Positions 11,910-25,429 of a stretch of 64,000 nucleotides of DNA are shown here, piece by piece. The translations under genes and the position numbers were made by a program. The DNA is from Octopus vulgaris (taxonomy: Eukaryota), in contig OX597818.1 in assembly GCA_951406725.2 (NCBI GenBank), forward strand, positions 5,518,001-5,582,000. Direction: 5' to 3'. The first letter of the stretch is position 1, and every line of letters starts with the position of its first letter. The notes beneath the pieces were generated by a model, which saw only the letters and a program-made list of their open reading frames with translations, had not been told where the DNA came from and did not search any database.

Positions 11910-14900
11910 ATCATGCCCGATTACAAAACTTTCCTCCTCCACTTTCACCACCGAAAATTTCCACCTAACTTTCCACACTTGCTTTCCGCTGCTTCCAACC
12001 TTCTATTAACCTTTCCCTACTAATTTTCAAAAAACAATATACACGCTTCTCTAGCCACGTTTCCTTTCTCAGTCGCTCCCTTCATCACCGCCTCATCCCT
12101 AAAGGTTTCCACCTCCATTTCTACTCCACTATCCACTCTGCTTCAAGCATCCTACCCATACTCTGTACTAATTCCTATCGCCTTATGCGCGCTGCCATTC
12201 GTTCTAATCTCTCCAAAATACACACCATCGACTGTCTTCTCCCTCTTGCTTTTTTCATCTTCTTCTCTCAGTCGTCCCGCCATGCAAACTCCACTCTACG
12301 TTACATAATCCATTTAAATACTTTCTTTCATGAATTTCTTGCTCACACCAAACAACATAAACTTCAATTACTTCTCAATTTCATCACAGCCGATGCCACT
12401 ATCCAAACTCCTCCTGTACTCCGTCCCTCTCTCCCTCCCTAATACGCTCCCCCACCTTCACTCCCCACCCCACACTCCCAGCCCCCACACTTACCCCTCA
12501 TCTCTCTCTCACAATCTTCCACTACCCCACCACTATCCCACTTCTGTCCCATCCACCCCTTATCCACTTCAATGTGTTGTTACCATTCTTCCCGACCTTC
12601 CCCTCTCTGAGGCGGAGAGCTCCCTCCTAAGTTGGAGCCTGCGCTTCATCCCTCTCTCTCCATCCAGCAACGAATTTCGGACTGGTGCCCACATCCACAG
12701 CTTCGTGTCCCGTGTTAGGTTGTGTGTGCTATTCCGCGATACTCCACCTGCATCTAATGAGGAGGACTGCTTCACTGACCTGGGCCGCCAACCGTCCCAG
12801 TGGACGTTAGCTCTTGGCCAGTTCCAAACAGTCGATATTTGTGGAGCGGTTTGAATTTTCCAGGCGTCCTCGACATCTGAACATCTTGCCAGCTGAAATG
12901 TCGGCTCTTCGACGTCTCCGATGCCGTAAAGACATCATCATAAAATCGACCGACAAGGGTGGTGTCGTGGTGGTGTGGTGCGCAGACCTTTTGAAGGCCG
13001 AAGCTTTCGGCGAACTTCAAGACACATCCTTCTACTGTCCTCTGCTATCCAACCCTACGATCCATTACTTCATCTCCTCTTCACGCTTCTCCCCCACCGC
13101 CTCCTACCTCTTTTCCCCAACCCACGCACCACCACAATTTACTTCTTCCTCATAATCCACAAACGTAACAACTCTGGTCGCCCCATCATCTCCACATGCA
13201 ATTGCTTCAACGAACTCATCTCCAGATATGTGGCCATGGGAACGAGAATGGGCCCCAACTTCTCCACTTCTCCTGCACTATTTCTGACACTTCCGTCGAC
13301 ATTCTCGACATTTCGGTCAGCATTCATCACTCAACTCTCACCACTCTCACCACCTCCATCCACTACAAATACACAGATTCACACTCATACCTCAACTTCT
13401 CCTCCTCCCACCCTAAGAACATCAAGCTCTCCATCCACTCTTTCCCAATTTCTACTTCTGCACAAGCTCTGCAGTGACAACCATGACTTTGAGACTCGGT
13501 CTCAACTCATGGCTCGCTACTTCATCGTACGTGGGTATCCCCTCACCTCTATCCACACCACCCTTGCTAGAGCACGTTCCGTGGACCTTGCATCTGCTCT
13601 CTTCCTCCGTACCTGCCCCGCCGTCACCCGTCTCCCGTTTCCCCTCACCTACCACCACCAACCTACTTATCCAACGCACAATTCTCATAGCCTTCCAGCG
13701 ACTACAGTCCGACTACTCCACTTCGCACATCTTCCCTAACCGACCCTTTCTCTCCTTCAAACGAGCACACAATCTGCGCGACCTCCTAATCCGGTTCGTT
13801 CCCTTGCTCCCACCCACGCTGCGACACTTGCCCTTACATCTCCAGCACCACCATCTTAACCGGCACCCATCATCGACCCTATCAGATCACTAACTCTTTC
13901 ACCTGACTTCTAGCAACGTCATCTACTGCATCTCCTGTTCTCCCTGTCCTTCTCTATACATCGGTCAAACGGGACACCGCTTGTCTGACCGGTTCGCGGA
14001 ACACCTCTGAGGCATCAGATCCGGCAACGACACCACCCCAGTTTCGCACTATTTCCGCTCTACCGTTCATTCTTTACAACACCTGTCTGTTTTCGCATTT
14101 TCCTTGCACAGGGGCCATCCGGACTCCCATCTTCGTCGTGAAGAAGAATTAATATTCTCTCTTCGCTCCTTTCCGCCACATTGGCTCAACTCTCCTCTTC
14201 CTCTAACCCCCTCCTCTCTCCTCTCTTCCTCTCACACCTATTTCCTCCTTTCACTCCCATCCACCTCTCCTCTCTTGCTCTGACACCTTCCTCTCTTCAC
14301 TCCTACCCACTTTTTTCTTCCACCCTCATCCTTCATCGCTAACCCACCCCTAGACATTCCCACCCCACCATCCCTACACATACCACCCCGCCCCACCCTA
14401 TCCAATTCATTCCACTTCCACATACCCCATCCCATCCTCACACGCCACTCCCACATACCCAAACCCTACCGTCACACCCCACCCCAAAATACCCAACCCG
14501 TACCTCCACCCTCACCCCAACCCACAACCCACCCTTGTTTCCCCCACACTCGCGTCCCCCACACACCAAAACCATCACATCACACACCACTACACCAAAC
14601 TACACAATACCACACCACCACACCACATCTTACCACACCACACACGACCCCCACACACCACATCACACGACCCCGCACACACTAGCATTGACCACTTCCC
14701 AGCACCACTCACCTAGACATGCACATAGGCACACGTTAATGTCACCAGCTCCTATCCACACGCACATACACGCTCTCACATACAGACGAACGCGCACCTT
14801 CGTTTTGGGATCACCACTATTTTTTTAAATCTCATCTTCTTCCTAGCTCTCCTGTCTAACCACCTTTGACCGGCTATCATCATGATTGATCGCTAGCCAC

Positions 14901-15073
14901 TAAACCTGTTTTTTTTTTATTTCTCTCTGTGCCTATTTCTGTGTTCCTTTCTGTTTAAGATTGTAGGCTCGAAACGTAAAAGGCTTTCTTATTTCCCGAG
15001 CGTTAATCTAATACATTGTTGTTTGCACACCCATCTTCGTCTTTTGTTGTTTTTTTTTGTAAATTCCAACTAT
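11910..15073 (+). mobile_element. Penelope-like element, degenerate (RT + GIY-YIG), ending in (TA)n
   Basis: IIIKSTDKGGVVVVW, IHK.NNSGRPIIS, VAMGTRMGP, YKYTDSHSYLNFSSSHP; endonuclease SNVIYCISC..C..LYIGQTG.RL.DRFAEH at ~13910-14010. Confidence 0.9.
14946..14983 (+). ncRNA. Degenerate minimal hammerhead in the PLE 3' region
   Basis: ccttt CTGTTTA agattgtaggctc GAAAC GTA aaagg. Stem I and GAAAC-GTA are intact; core and stem II are mutated. Confidence 0.55.
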
Positions 15074-15206
15074 GTATATATATATATATATATATATATA
15101 CCGTACTACACACATATATATATATATATAGTTGGAATTTACAAAAAAAATTAAAATCAAAAAACCAAGACGGGTGTGCAAGCAACAATGTATTAGTTTA
15201 TATATA

Positions 15207-15376
15207 GGCGCAGGCCCAGGAGTGGCTGTGTGATAAGATACTTGCTTCTCAACCACATGGTTCTGGTTTGAGTCCCACTGTACGGTAACTTGGGCTAGTG
15301 TCTTCTACTATAGCCTCGGGTCGACCAGAGCCTTGCGATTGGATTTAACAGATGGAACACTGGAAGAAGCCCGTCG

Positions 15377-15377
<1 letters not shown>
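15207..15377 (+). mobile_element. tRNA-derived SINE, 5' half
   Basis: Homologous to the first half of 20378-20768; ends in (TA)n/(TACA)n. Confidence 0.8.
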
Positions 15378-15441
<64 letters not shown>

Positions 15442-15453
15442 GTACATACAAAC

Positions 15454-15509
<56 letters not shown>

Positions 15510-15534
15510 GTACATACATACATACATACATACA

Positions 15535-15582
<48 letters not shown>

Positions 15583-15586
15583 CATA

Positions 15587-17180
15587 CAGTTGCAGCCAAA
15601 ATGTTCAGAACGGCATTGTTTTCACCAGAAAAGTAGGTATAAGTTTTTATCAAAGTTGTTTTATATTCTATAATTTTCACAGACAATAAATACAATATTA
15701 AGTGTTATTGTCTGAGATTTCGGTGTAATTTGAGAGGATAATACAAAAGTTATGGATGATTTAGTGATTTACTGCAAAACCCATGGCGGTCAAAATGATC
15801 AGAACGGTTGCTTTTACTCCGTGTTTTAGTATATTTAACCGGCGAACTCTAATGTTTTGAATTTGTTTACGTGATGGTTCGTTTACTAAACATTAGTAAG
15901 AATATCTGCAATGTACTTTGTTAATATAATGCCACTTACTCCGTTACCAATTCGTCAGCAGATTATTAAGCTTCGAAAGAAGGATAATTTATGTATTGGG
16001 TCTATTGCAAAGATTGTTAACAAGTCAAAAAGTGTTGTTCGCGGTATTCTTAAGGTCTTCGATGATTGTGGTTCGTGTGAAGCAAGAAAGTCTACAGGTA
16101 AGCCAAGAAAAGCGACCAAGAGAGAAGATTGTGCTATGGAAAAGTTGGTTAAAAAGGACAGATTTAAAACTGCTGCTGCTGTTTCTTGGGAAATGAGCAT
16201 TGTACTGAAGAAAACGTTATCTCGAACAACTGTGTCTCATCGTTTAGTTGAACATAACCTACAAGCAAGATCACCTGCAGTGAAGCCACTGATCAGCTCC
16301 AAAAATAAAAACTGTCGTCTTACCTTTGCAACCGAACATGTGTTGTGGTCTCAAGAAAAATGGCAAACGGTGCATTTCAGTGACGAATCTAAGTTTATGT
16401 TATTTGGCTCAGATGGGAAAAGGTACGTTCGTTGAAAAGTAGGTGAAAAATGTCGCCTAAATGCCTTAAGACTAGTGTTAAATTCGGTGGAGGAAGGGTC
16501 ATGGTTTGGGGGATGATATCTGGAGATGGTGTGGGCTCTTTGGTGCGATTACACGGAAAGGTAAATGCAGGAGTTTATAAACAACTTGTAAAAGATCATG
16601 TCTTGCCTGTGCTGAGAAATTCAACTAAGCGACCACCCATATTCATGCAGGACAATGCCCCACGTCACAAGACTAAGGTGGTCATGAACTTCCTGAAGTC
16701 TGAAAAGGTTATTATTATGGATTGGCCTGCTCAAAGCCCAGATCCCAATCCTATTGAAAATGTGTGGAATATTCTAGGAGAACGTTCGAAAGTCAGAAAT
16801 CCTAAAACAACCGAGCAATTATGGAATGCCCTTCAGGAAGAATGGAATAAGATCACCTAGCAAGAAATTGAAAATTTAATTTCCTCATGCAGTCAAAGAT
16901 GTCAAAGTGTGATTGAAGCTAAAGGGCTTCACACAAAATATTAAATAATTCCAGTATTCTCTATCAATTTTGATTATTTTGTTATTTTTTCAACCGTTCT
17001 CATCATTTTGGCCGCCATGGGTTTTGCAGTAAATCGCTAAATCATCCATAACTTTTGTATTATCCTCTCAAATTACACCGACATCTCAGACAATAACGAT
17101 TAATATCGTATGTATAGTCTGTGGAAAGTATAGAACACAAAACAACTTTGATAAAAACTTATATCTACTTTTCTGGCGAA
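15587..17180 (+). mobile_element. Tc1-like (DD34E) transposon with long IR/DR-type TIRs; outer end of right TIR missing
   Basis: TA|CAGTTG start. Left TIR 15587-15808 is mirrored at ~16993-17180. Direct repeat CAAAATG.TCAGAACGG occurs twice in the left TIR. Confidence 0.93.
15929..16944 (+). pseudogene. Tc1 transposase, disrupted
   Basis: HTH region, FSDESKF, QDNAP, WPAQSPDPNPIENVW, GLHTKY*. Stops at 16433 and 16858 plus a frameshift near 16445. Confidence 0.92.
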
Positions 17181-18263
17181 ATATTCATTTCAAAAGGGAT
17201 TGTTCTATTTTCTGTGTTTCAAATACTTTACTACCATTGTAGATCATTTCTTTCCCAACTGATCGATTTTCTGTCATCTGCTCCTAGTCTTCACCATTCC
17301 CACTAAGATCCTTAAGTGGCTTTTGACGGCATCAAGTGAACCTGATATAATCCATACGTATAAATTGATCCATATTCTCTCTAGACCCCTAAAACTATTT
17401 CAAATTTGTTATCGGATGTCAAGCAGGCTTGTATGTTTTGGCACAGTTCCCTGAAAATCTTTGAATTAGCACAGTCATTAATGTAAATGGTAATATGTCT
17501 GTATTATATTGATCGCATTATATATGTAGTTTACTTGTGGTAGTTTACATGTGACTGAGCATAATTTTTTACATAGAATACGCATTATATCATTTCTTCA
17601 TCTCTATGAACTTTACAGGAAAGGGTTAGTTATTTGATGTTGAAATGAATAAATAAACAGATAAAACTTAGCAATCCATCATTCATGTGCCCCCATATCA
17701 ATGTTGTAGATATTTTACCCAAAACATCTCCTTAAAAAAATACGAATAGCTACAGCCTTCATTATGAGACGTCAATCAACAAGAATTAGGATTACTTGTT
17801 TCAAAATTCATATGAATGAACTACGGATTCAAATTTAACTTTACCTAATGAATGGTATGTGATTCACTGAAAGTGTTGTCTATTTGCTCAAAATACTAGT
17901 ATATTTATTGGAATATTCACCAAGTTTTACAATTATATGATACACTTCTCTCGTGTAATATTTCTGATTTCATTTTACGAAATATGATACTTAAACAAAA
18001 AAAATTTCAAAACTAAAAAAAATAAGGAAAATGAAAATCTCCAAACACGGCAAAGAATGATTTAGAGTCACTCTTGTAGCCAGTTTGACTACAGAATTCA
18101 ATATCTCATGATATCCATGCGTTTAACAGCATCATTTGCCTATACTGTCTGTGATCAATAAGTAAATTAACTTTCGTTTTGTGCTTTTTATTTTCACTTT
18201 GCTGTTTATTTATTTAGAAAGAATTATAGAGACTTTGTAGCGGCTACTCGTTTTCATTGTATA

Positions 18264-18642
18264 CTAGCAGAAATCGCCCGGCGTTGCTCGGGTTTGTTTC
18301 GACCCTTTAGAATTGGAATTTTTGAATTATGTAGCTTCTTATTCTCTTTAAGTAAACATTTTTCTGGTTGAAATACACCAACAAATGACGATACAGCTGT
18401 CAAAAAATCGTAAAAAATAGGGATTTTTATAGAAAAAAAGCATCTTTTTGATGTAAATAATTTTTGGTGTTAACATCGTCCGATTTGAATTTTTTCTTCT
18501 ACAGAAGGAAGAGCAAGCATTCTTCTATCATACTCTCAATTTTGGTCAACTTACGCCGCAGGGTCTCAGAGGAGATAGTGTTAGTTGAAGGCTACCAAAC
18601 CTGCCATACACAGACAACTTCAGCTTTATATATAGAGAGAGA
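18264..18642 (-). mobile_element. Short non-autonomous Helitron
   Basis: Minus strand starts TCTCTCTCTATATATAAAG and ends CCCGAGCAACGCCGGG...CTGCTAG|t; A^T target. Confidence 0.8.
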
Positions 18643-18666
18643 TATATGTACACACACACACACACA

Positions 18667-18702
<36 letters not shown>

Positions 18703-19275
18703 CACACACACACACACACAAACACACACACTCACACACATACATATGGGCATATATATGTATATTTGTTTATATTTATGTATGTATGCATTTTGTATAG
18801 ATGTATATATAAACGCACAGAAATTATGCTGCAATTAATACAGAATTCTTATTTTCAATTATCTGCTTACTATATTTACTATTTTAATTTTGTATGTTTA
18901 TAAAATATTTTTGTACCGTGCAACATCATGAGTCGGCAAAATGTTTGATAATGTTACAGACAGAAGATGTATTAGTAATTTTTATGTCCGACATTTTGAT
19001 AAAGCAGGAGGTTAAGTTTAGGTGATAGAAACAGTAATATAGTTTATGTTCCAAGCTTAAATATATTTGGAGTATTTATTAGAGAAAATCGAATATCATC
19101 GTAATTTAGCATAAATCCATTGTCAATCACAATAACAACAACGAAAACTATAAAACTAATGATCTGCGTCGTGCAAAAGTTTATTTAATCATCTGTACTC
19201 CCACTTAAATTCATTACACTATCTCAATATTTCACACAATTCGTAACGTTATTATGATTGTGCTAAATGATAACC

Positions 19276-19505
19276 TATTTCTTTATTACCCACAAGGGGC
19301 TAAACACAGAGGGGACAAACAAGGACAGACATAGGTATTAAGTCGATTACATCGACCCCAGTGCGTAACTGGTACTTAATTTATCGACCCCGAAAGGATG
19401 AAAGGCAAAGTCGACCTCGGCGGAATTTGAACTCACAACGTAACGCAGACGAAATACCGCTAAGCATTTCGCCCGGCGTGCTAACGTTTCTGCCAGCTCG
19501 CCGCC
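19276..19505 (-). mobile_element. tRNA-like SINE (second family), young copy with TSD
   Basis: Head GGCGGCGAGCTGGCAGAAACGTTAG...GAGTTCAAATTCC (A/B-box-like). 17-bp TSD TGTGCTAAATGATAACC at 19259-19275 and 19514-19530. Confidence 0.85.
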
Positions 19506-19530
19506 GATTGTTATGTGCTAAATGATAACC

Positions 19531-19700
19531 ATGCCGGGCCTAATGCTGAGCGGCAGTTCTCCTGGCTTTACGTTCTGAGTTCAATTTCAGCCAAGGTCGA
19601 TTTTTCCTGTCGATATAATAAGTACCATTTGAGTAGTGCGGTCAATTTAATCGACTTCCCCCTTCCCTCAAAATTTAATGTTGGTATTATTTCAACTTTA
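19531..19700 (+). mobile_element. Degenerate copy of the second SINE family
   Basis: GTTCTGAGTTCAATTTCAGCCAAGGTCGA...AAGTACC similarity to 19276-19505. Confidence 0.65.
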
Positions 19701-20377
19701 GAAAGGCTATTATCAATGGGCCAGTGACCAGAATTAGTTCAGAGATTCAAATTCACCAGAGGAAGACTTTTCTGTTCCATATAGCATTTTCTGTGTGGCA
19801 TATGTGTGTCACCTTGATCGAGGCATTAGTTTGTTTTTTGGCTAACATTCTTTTATGCCGTGATTTCCCTACCTAATGTTCTGTTGGTAGATGAATATGT
19901 AGATATTCTTCCAAATGGAAATGTTAAACCTTCACACTTAAATATATAGAGATTAGCTGTTACAATGTACGTATATGCATCTATTTCTATATTTTATATA
20001 AACAAATTTTATATAAATTTCTAACTGAATGTAAAATATGAGCCTTGAAATTGGGCAGCATTATAGTATTGCTTTGATTTCATTTGTTTTATTTTCTAGA
20101 ATTTCTTGAATTATCCCGCAGTCTACCAGTGTAACTAATAAAAAGGGTATATCGACCACATGAGTCGAAAATTACCCAAATGTTACTAGAACTCCTCCCA
20201 CACTTTTCCTATGAGGCCCAAAATTTTAGGGCAGCCGCCTTGAAGGTTGTCACTATGAGTGGGACTAGAACAACTAAAGAGAAAGAGAGATAAAGAGAGA
20301 GAGAGTGAGAAAGAAAATGAGAGAAAGAAGGAGAGAGAGAGAGAGAGAGAAAGAAAGCAAGAGAGGAAGAAGGAATA

Positions 20378-20768
20378 GGCGCAGGAGTGGCCGTGTGGTA
20401 AGTAGCTTGCTAACCAACCACATGGTTCCGGGTTCAGTCCCACTGCGTGGCATCTTGGGCAAGTGTCTTTTGCTATAGCCCCGGCCGACCAATGCCTTGT
20501 GAGTGGATTTGGTAGACGGAAACTGAAAGAAGCCTGTCGTATATATGTATATATATATGTGTTTGTTTGTGTGTCTGTGTTTGTTCCCCTAGCATTGCTT
20601 GACAACCGATGCTGGTGTGTTTACGTCCCCGTTACTTAGCGGTTCGGCAAAAAAGAGACCGATAGAATAAGTACTGGGCTTACAAAGAATAAGTCCCGGG
20701 GTCGAGTTGCTCGATTAAAGGCGGTGCTCCAGCATGACCGCAGTCAAATGACTGAAACAAGTAAAAGA
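20378..20768 (+). mobile_element. Full-length tRNA-derived SINE with internal (TA)/(TG) tract
   Basis: A box TGGCCGTGTGG, B box GGTTCAGTCCC; three copies in the window; GA-rich flanks. Confidence 0.88.
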
Positions 20769-21654
20769 GAAAGAGAAAAGAGAAAGGAAAGAAAAAGAGA
20801 AAGAGAGAGACAGGTAGAAATAAAAAGAGGGAGGGAGAAAGACTGTGATTATGGGCAGAGAACTGGCGCACAATTACTTAAGCTTGGCCGGAAATATCAT
20901 CCTACCTCTTTCTTAGTGGCCAACGACCATGGGCAGATACACTTCATATTAATAAAATGAGAGGAATTTAGAATGGTCTCTACTTACGTAACTTTGGTCA
21001 TTTCGGCAATTACTCCACCATCAGCCCTTGAAAACAATAACAAAGGGCCTCTAGAGGGGTATACATGGACAAAAGTAGCTAGGATGATTGTGTCAGTAGT
21101 CTACTAAGAAGAGGGATAATTTTGAATGCTAACAAAAAGCAATATAAGAAAAACTAGTGTGAGACCTAGCGCAGCTTAACTGAGTGGATGGAGCATCTCC
21201 GAACCTCGGTTAGTAATAAATATAGGGATAATGCTACAAAAATCACCACTCAGCCTCTATAAATGAAATGTCTAAAAGAAATTTAATAGATAAAAAGTTA
21301 TATGGGACTGGAATCAGTGTTGATGGTGCCGTGTCCTGCATTTTTGCCTCTAAGTTGTATGAAGGGTGCGGTTGTCAAACTGCGACTTCTAGTATAAGAC
21401 TAATAGAGGAAAAAAGTATCGCAAAGATATCCATGTGACTACTAGAGAGTGCTATTATATAAATCAAATGACAGATGAAAATGGAGTAACAATAAGGGAA
21501 AATTGAAAAAGGATGTACTGCGACTGACAACAATGAAGAATATTTGAGATAGAACTATACAACCATGCCAGAATGTTAACGATATCTGCTGAAGAAATAG
21601 AGGCGTCAAAATGATTGATTGAAAATTATCTGACGACCACAATGCAAAACAACT

Positions 21655-22168
21655 ATGCCATATTGCAGTACCAACAGTGACTCTCATGGCTTCTGATTTT
21701 AACTGATTGGAAGTGTTATCATTGTCTTGTCTTATTATAAAAGATAGGCTACAACAAATATTCTGCTCAATACCACAGATTTGCTTGTCAGTTGTTTGAC
21801 CTTAATCGGTTGAGCATGTCTCTTAGCGGTTGACGATATGTGCATCTCTGATCACTAGCATAAGTAGTGGGGGAGCATCATAGCCATGTATTGAGAGGAA
21901 TTCTTTGGGGTTTTGATAATTCCTCTTTGGAAACATGGGTGTTTCGTTCAACATCCCGAAACAACCTTCTTCAGGGCACTTTTGAGCAAAATGGACTACT
22001 CGACCTGAAGAAATTTCTAGCTGGGTTCGACCTGCAAGGACATGCGCTATTTATCTTGGTATGAAATCACAATGTCCGTACATATGTTTGTAATGTATGT
22101 GCCTGGCGTACCCTTATCAGACGGGTATATTGGGCTTCATATATTTTGATCCAGTTTCACTTTGATGG
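21655..22168 (+). mobile_element. Diverged copy of the ~550-bp non-coding element (see 62205)
   Basis: Colinear with 62205-62740; lacks the terminal ~20 bp and has no TAA flanks. Confidence 0.85.
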
Positions 22169-22239
22169 TATATCAGAAGCCACGAGAGCCACTGTCTGGT
22201 ACTACATTAGGGCATTGGTGTTTTGCATTGTCGTTGTCT

Positions 22240-22892
22240 TTAAAATCCTCTTGTGGCTGTGTGGGTAAACATATTTCTGAAGTGATACTTCATATAAGGT
22301 GAATTCAAAATAACCCATTATTAGGTTCGAAAGAACAGCGGCTGCTTTCGTTTCCATCACAATTCCGCATTTCTGACGATAGTATTTGTCATCAAATAGG
22401 AAATAATTGTTCTGAAGTATAAATTTTAAGGATTCAATAATAAAGATCTGGTTTATGCGTTCCGGGAGTACTTCGGGGTATTTTTCCAACTAGAATTTAA
22501 TTGCTTTTATTCCATAGTCATAGGGGATGTTGGTGTAAAGATTGATAACATCGAGGGTAACCAATATTGCCTCTTCATTAATCGTTTTTGATAGGTGTTC
22601 TAGCATGTCTAAATTATCTCTAATGAAACTTTTGATGCATTTCAGCAGGAGTTTCAGAAGAATGTCTATAAAATTGCTTAGGCGGTGAGTTTCACAGGCT
22701 GGCCCAGCTACAATGTTCTTGCGAACCTAATAATGGGTTATTTTGAATGGTAACCCATTTTACCTCTACATAAGAGAAAATTGGAAGAGATACCTAGATG
22801 ACTGCTTTATCATTTGGAAGGAGAATATCGACAAACTTTTGGATTTCAAATCAACACTAAATGATATAAATAGTAACATTCAATTCCCAAAG
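22240..22892. mobile_element. Penelope-like RT fragment with internal inversion
   Basis: Minus 22240-22712: IVAGPAC.THRLS, TLDVINLYTNIP, FILQNNYF.FD..YYRQ..G..M. Plus 22714-22892: LANLIMGYFE..WKRYLDDCFIIW. Confidence 0.85.
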
Positions 22893-22893
22893 G

Positions 22894-23148
22894 TAAATTT
22901 TACAAATATTTTATAATTATATACATAAGTATAACAAGGGAATGGCTATACGCTTCTTCATGCACTGCAAAAATAGACGTCAAAAGCGACTATTACCACC
23001 TTGAAATCTCTGGTAGTAGTGTGTTATCCTCCGTGATTTTAAGGTGGTAATAGTGTTTTTTAACGTTTATTTTACAGTGCGTGGAGAAGCGTAAAGCCAA
23101 TCCCTTGTTATAATTATGTATATAATTATAAAATATTTGTAAAATTTA
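22894..23148. repeat. 255-bp imperfect palindrome (foldback)
   Basis: Arms of ~120 bp, TAAATTTTACAAATATTTTATAATTATATACATAA... paired with ...TTATGTATATAATTATAAAATATTTGTAAAATTTA. Confidence 0.92.
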
Positions 23149-23159
23149 TACACACACAC

Positions 23160-23950
23160 ACAAAAAATCTGGAAAGACCAGATTCTTAGCTAATTGGGTC
23201 CACAAGGTCAAAACAGCTTTTGACCCAACCCAATCAGCCGCCGGCAACATTTTTACATCAAGCAGCTTGGAACCGCTGCCACCCAGACTCCCGCGGATAG
23301 TGTCTTCTATCCACTCGGGTTCTATCCCGGGTGGCAACCTGCAGACCCATACGTGGGAAGAAACAAAATCTCTTTGCCCTCTAAGGGCTGACTCGAAAAT
23401 TTCCCAGCTTCCTCGGGGGTGTCAAATATCAACCACACCGTTGCATGTTTGACTCCACCCGCTGGAGATGAACTTAATAGTTGTCAAATATTCTGCCAAC
23501 TCTTTTCAATTTGATTCTTTTGAAAGAGGGCGATGATGTCGAGTTACTTTGAGTAAGTCCTTTAACACCACAGTCCTCTTTTCAAGGTCTTTCATCCACT
23601 GTATGGGTGGGACAATCTCCCACTTCAGCGAAGAGTATTGTTTGTCATTTTTGCCATGATTATTTTGGAAAAAGTCACCAAAAAACAAAAGTTCACAGAT
23701 TAAAAAAAAAATTCAGGATGAACGGAAGAAAAGAAACAGTTCAAAATCACAGCAAACTATTCTGGCTGTCCTGGTACTCATGGCTAACTCGGTAATCCTC
23801 TTGGTAATTCAGGGCACAAAATAGTCACAAAACAATTTCACCAAAAATGGTAAAAAAATAAGCACAATTATAGAAGGAGGGATACGCCCTTAAAACACAC
23901 TTGTCACCGCTAAGTGAGACTTTTACCACAACTACAGGCAGACAAATGCT
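23160..23950 (-). mobile_element. Probable 5' end (UTR + ORF1 start) of a Tx1/L1-like LINE
   Basis: Decayed frame EKRTVVLK...LPPGIEPEWI resembles LINE ORF1 RRM-like regions; weak motif-level match only. Confidence 0.5.
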
Positions 23951-25429
23951 CGGAACTCAATGGAGATTTCTTGTTCGACAAAATAATTAAATACGAGCGA
24001 CAAAAACCCCCATTGAATCCCCACCAAAAAACAAATATCTTACTTTGTAGTTGTGCTTCACTTGTTCAATACATTCACGACGTTGGTGTCGTGTCTCCTA
24101 ATAGTGCAAAGAAAACACTGACCAACGCATGCGTAGGAAGCAGGCGTCTTACCACACATCACGCCTACATAAATATGAATATATACATGACTGGAAATAG
24201 GATGATAAAGCTACATAATTTGACAAATATATATGACATTGGTTGGCGCAGAAATGTGGAGAAAACTCTATATTAAAACTCAACGCAAACGGAACAAATA
24301 AATAAGATAAATCAATGGCCATTAAACTGTATCACAAAAAGAATTGGATACAGTAATCATTTAAATGAAACGCCCCAGCACCTTTTATGAAACAGCCTGA
24401 GGAGATCAAGAAACTCACACTTGAAACGCACGCATTACGAAGTTGAAACGTAGCACTCACTCAGATATACTAAAACGCAACATACATTACACCATAATGT
24501 AACATCACTTACAAAGGAATGGCACAGGAGACGAAAATGTATTGGACAAGAATAGAAATCTGTCACAAACAGAGAAAATGGAAGCATGAGTAATCCAATG
24601 ATAAGCAAGAAAAGTCCAAGGTACAGATGTCACAAGGCAGCTAATAGTTGTTTTAAGGAAAGTCTGTCGCAGTAGGAAACCAGAGTAGCGGAAACAACAA
24701 AATGTAAAATATTAACCTAAAAATTATAAATTTATTGAAAGGAAATTTAAATATCGATCTCTTAATGAAGATTAAAATATCTTCTCACTCCTATCTCAAA
24801 TAAAACCAAACTAAATGCGGACATTCAAGACTTTATCATATGCCTTCACAAAAGAGAACTTTTCAGCAAGTAAACTGATTCTAATGTTTACTTTATATAG
24901 ACAAATAGAGGAATATTTGAATTCTGATATCGACGCTGTATCAAAATTCCTTAATTATATCCATAATTACAAACCTACCCTTCGGACATGAAAGAAAGAA
25001 GTTCTACAGATGTTGAAAACAGATAATTAACTTATTTTTAAAGATTCTCCTAAGACCCGGAATACATTTACGTATGCTCAATCATATATTTGAAAGAATA
25101 TTTTATGTAATTTTTTTTACAAAATAGATTTGACTTATTACTATAGCTCTTAACAGGTTTCGCGTTTCACATGAATTCATTTATTCTGCAGTATACACTA
25201 TATCAGCATTATATACTATCCGCTCCATATTTTTAAACTCGAAGTATACAGCATTAAAATTAATCAAGGCGGAATTAATTGATCATAATTGCAAATATAT
25301 TTATAGTCTAATATTTTGCAAGACGTGAATTTTGTTAGTAGAATAGCTAATGCATTCGCTACTGCATTTATTAAAACAAAGCTTCCAGGTTTGGCATTAG
25401 CTTTGCATTGATAATTTTACCAATACTGT

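Noticed and set aside
20378-20460. tRNA-like A and B boxes
   Set aside because: This is a SINE head within a repeated ~390-bp unit, not a tRNA gene.
24395-24454. CTGAGGA...GAAACGTA after a possible GIY-YIG tail
   Set aside because: Stem I is only 2 bp and stem II barely pairs; at most a decayed ribozyme.
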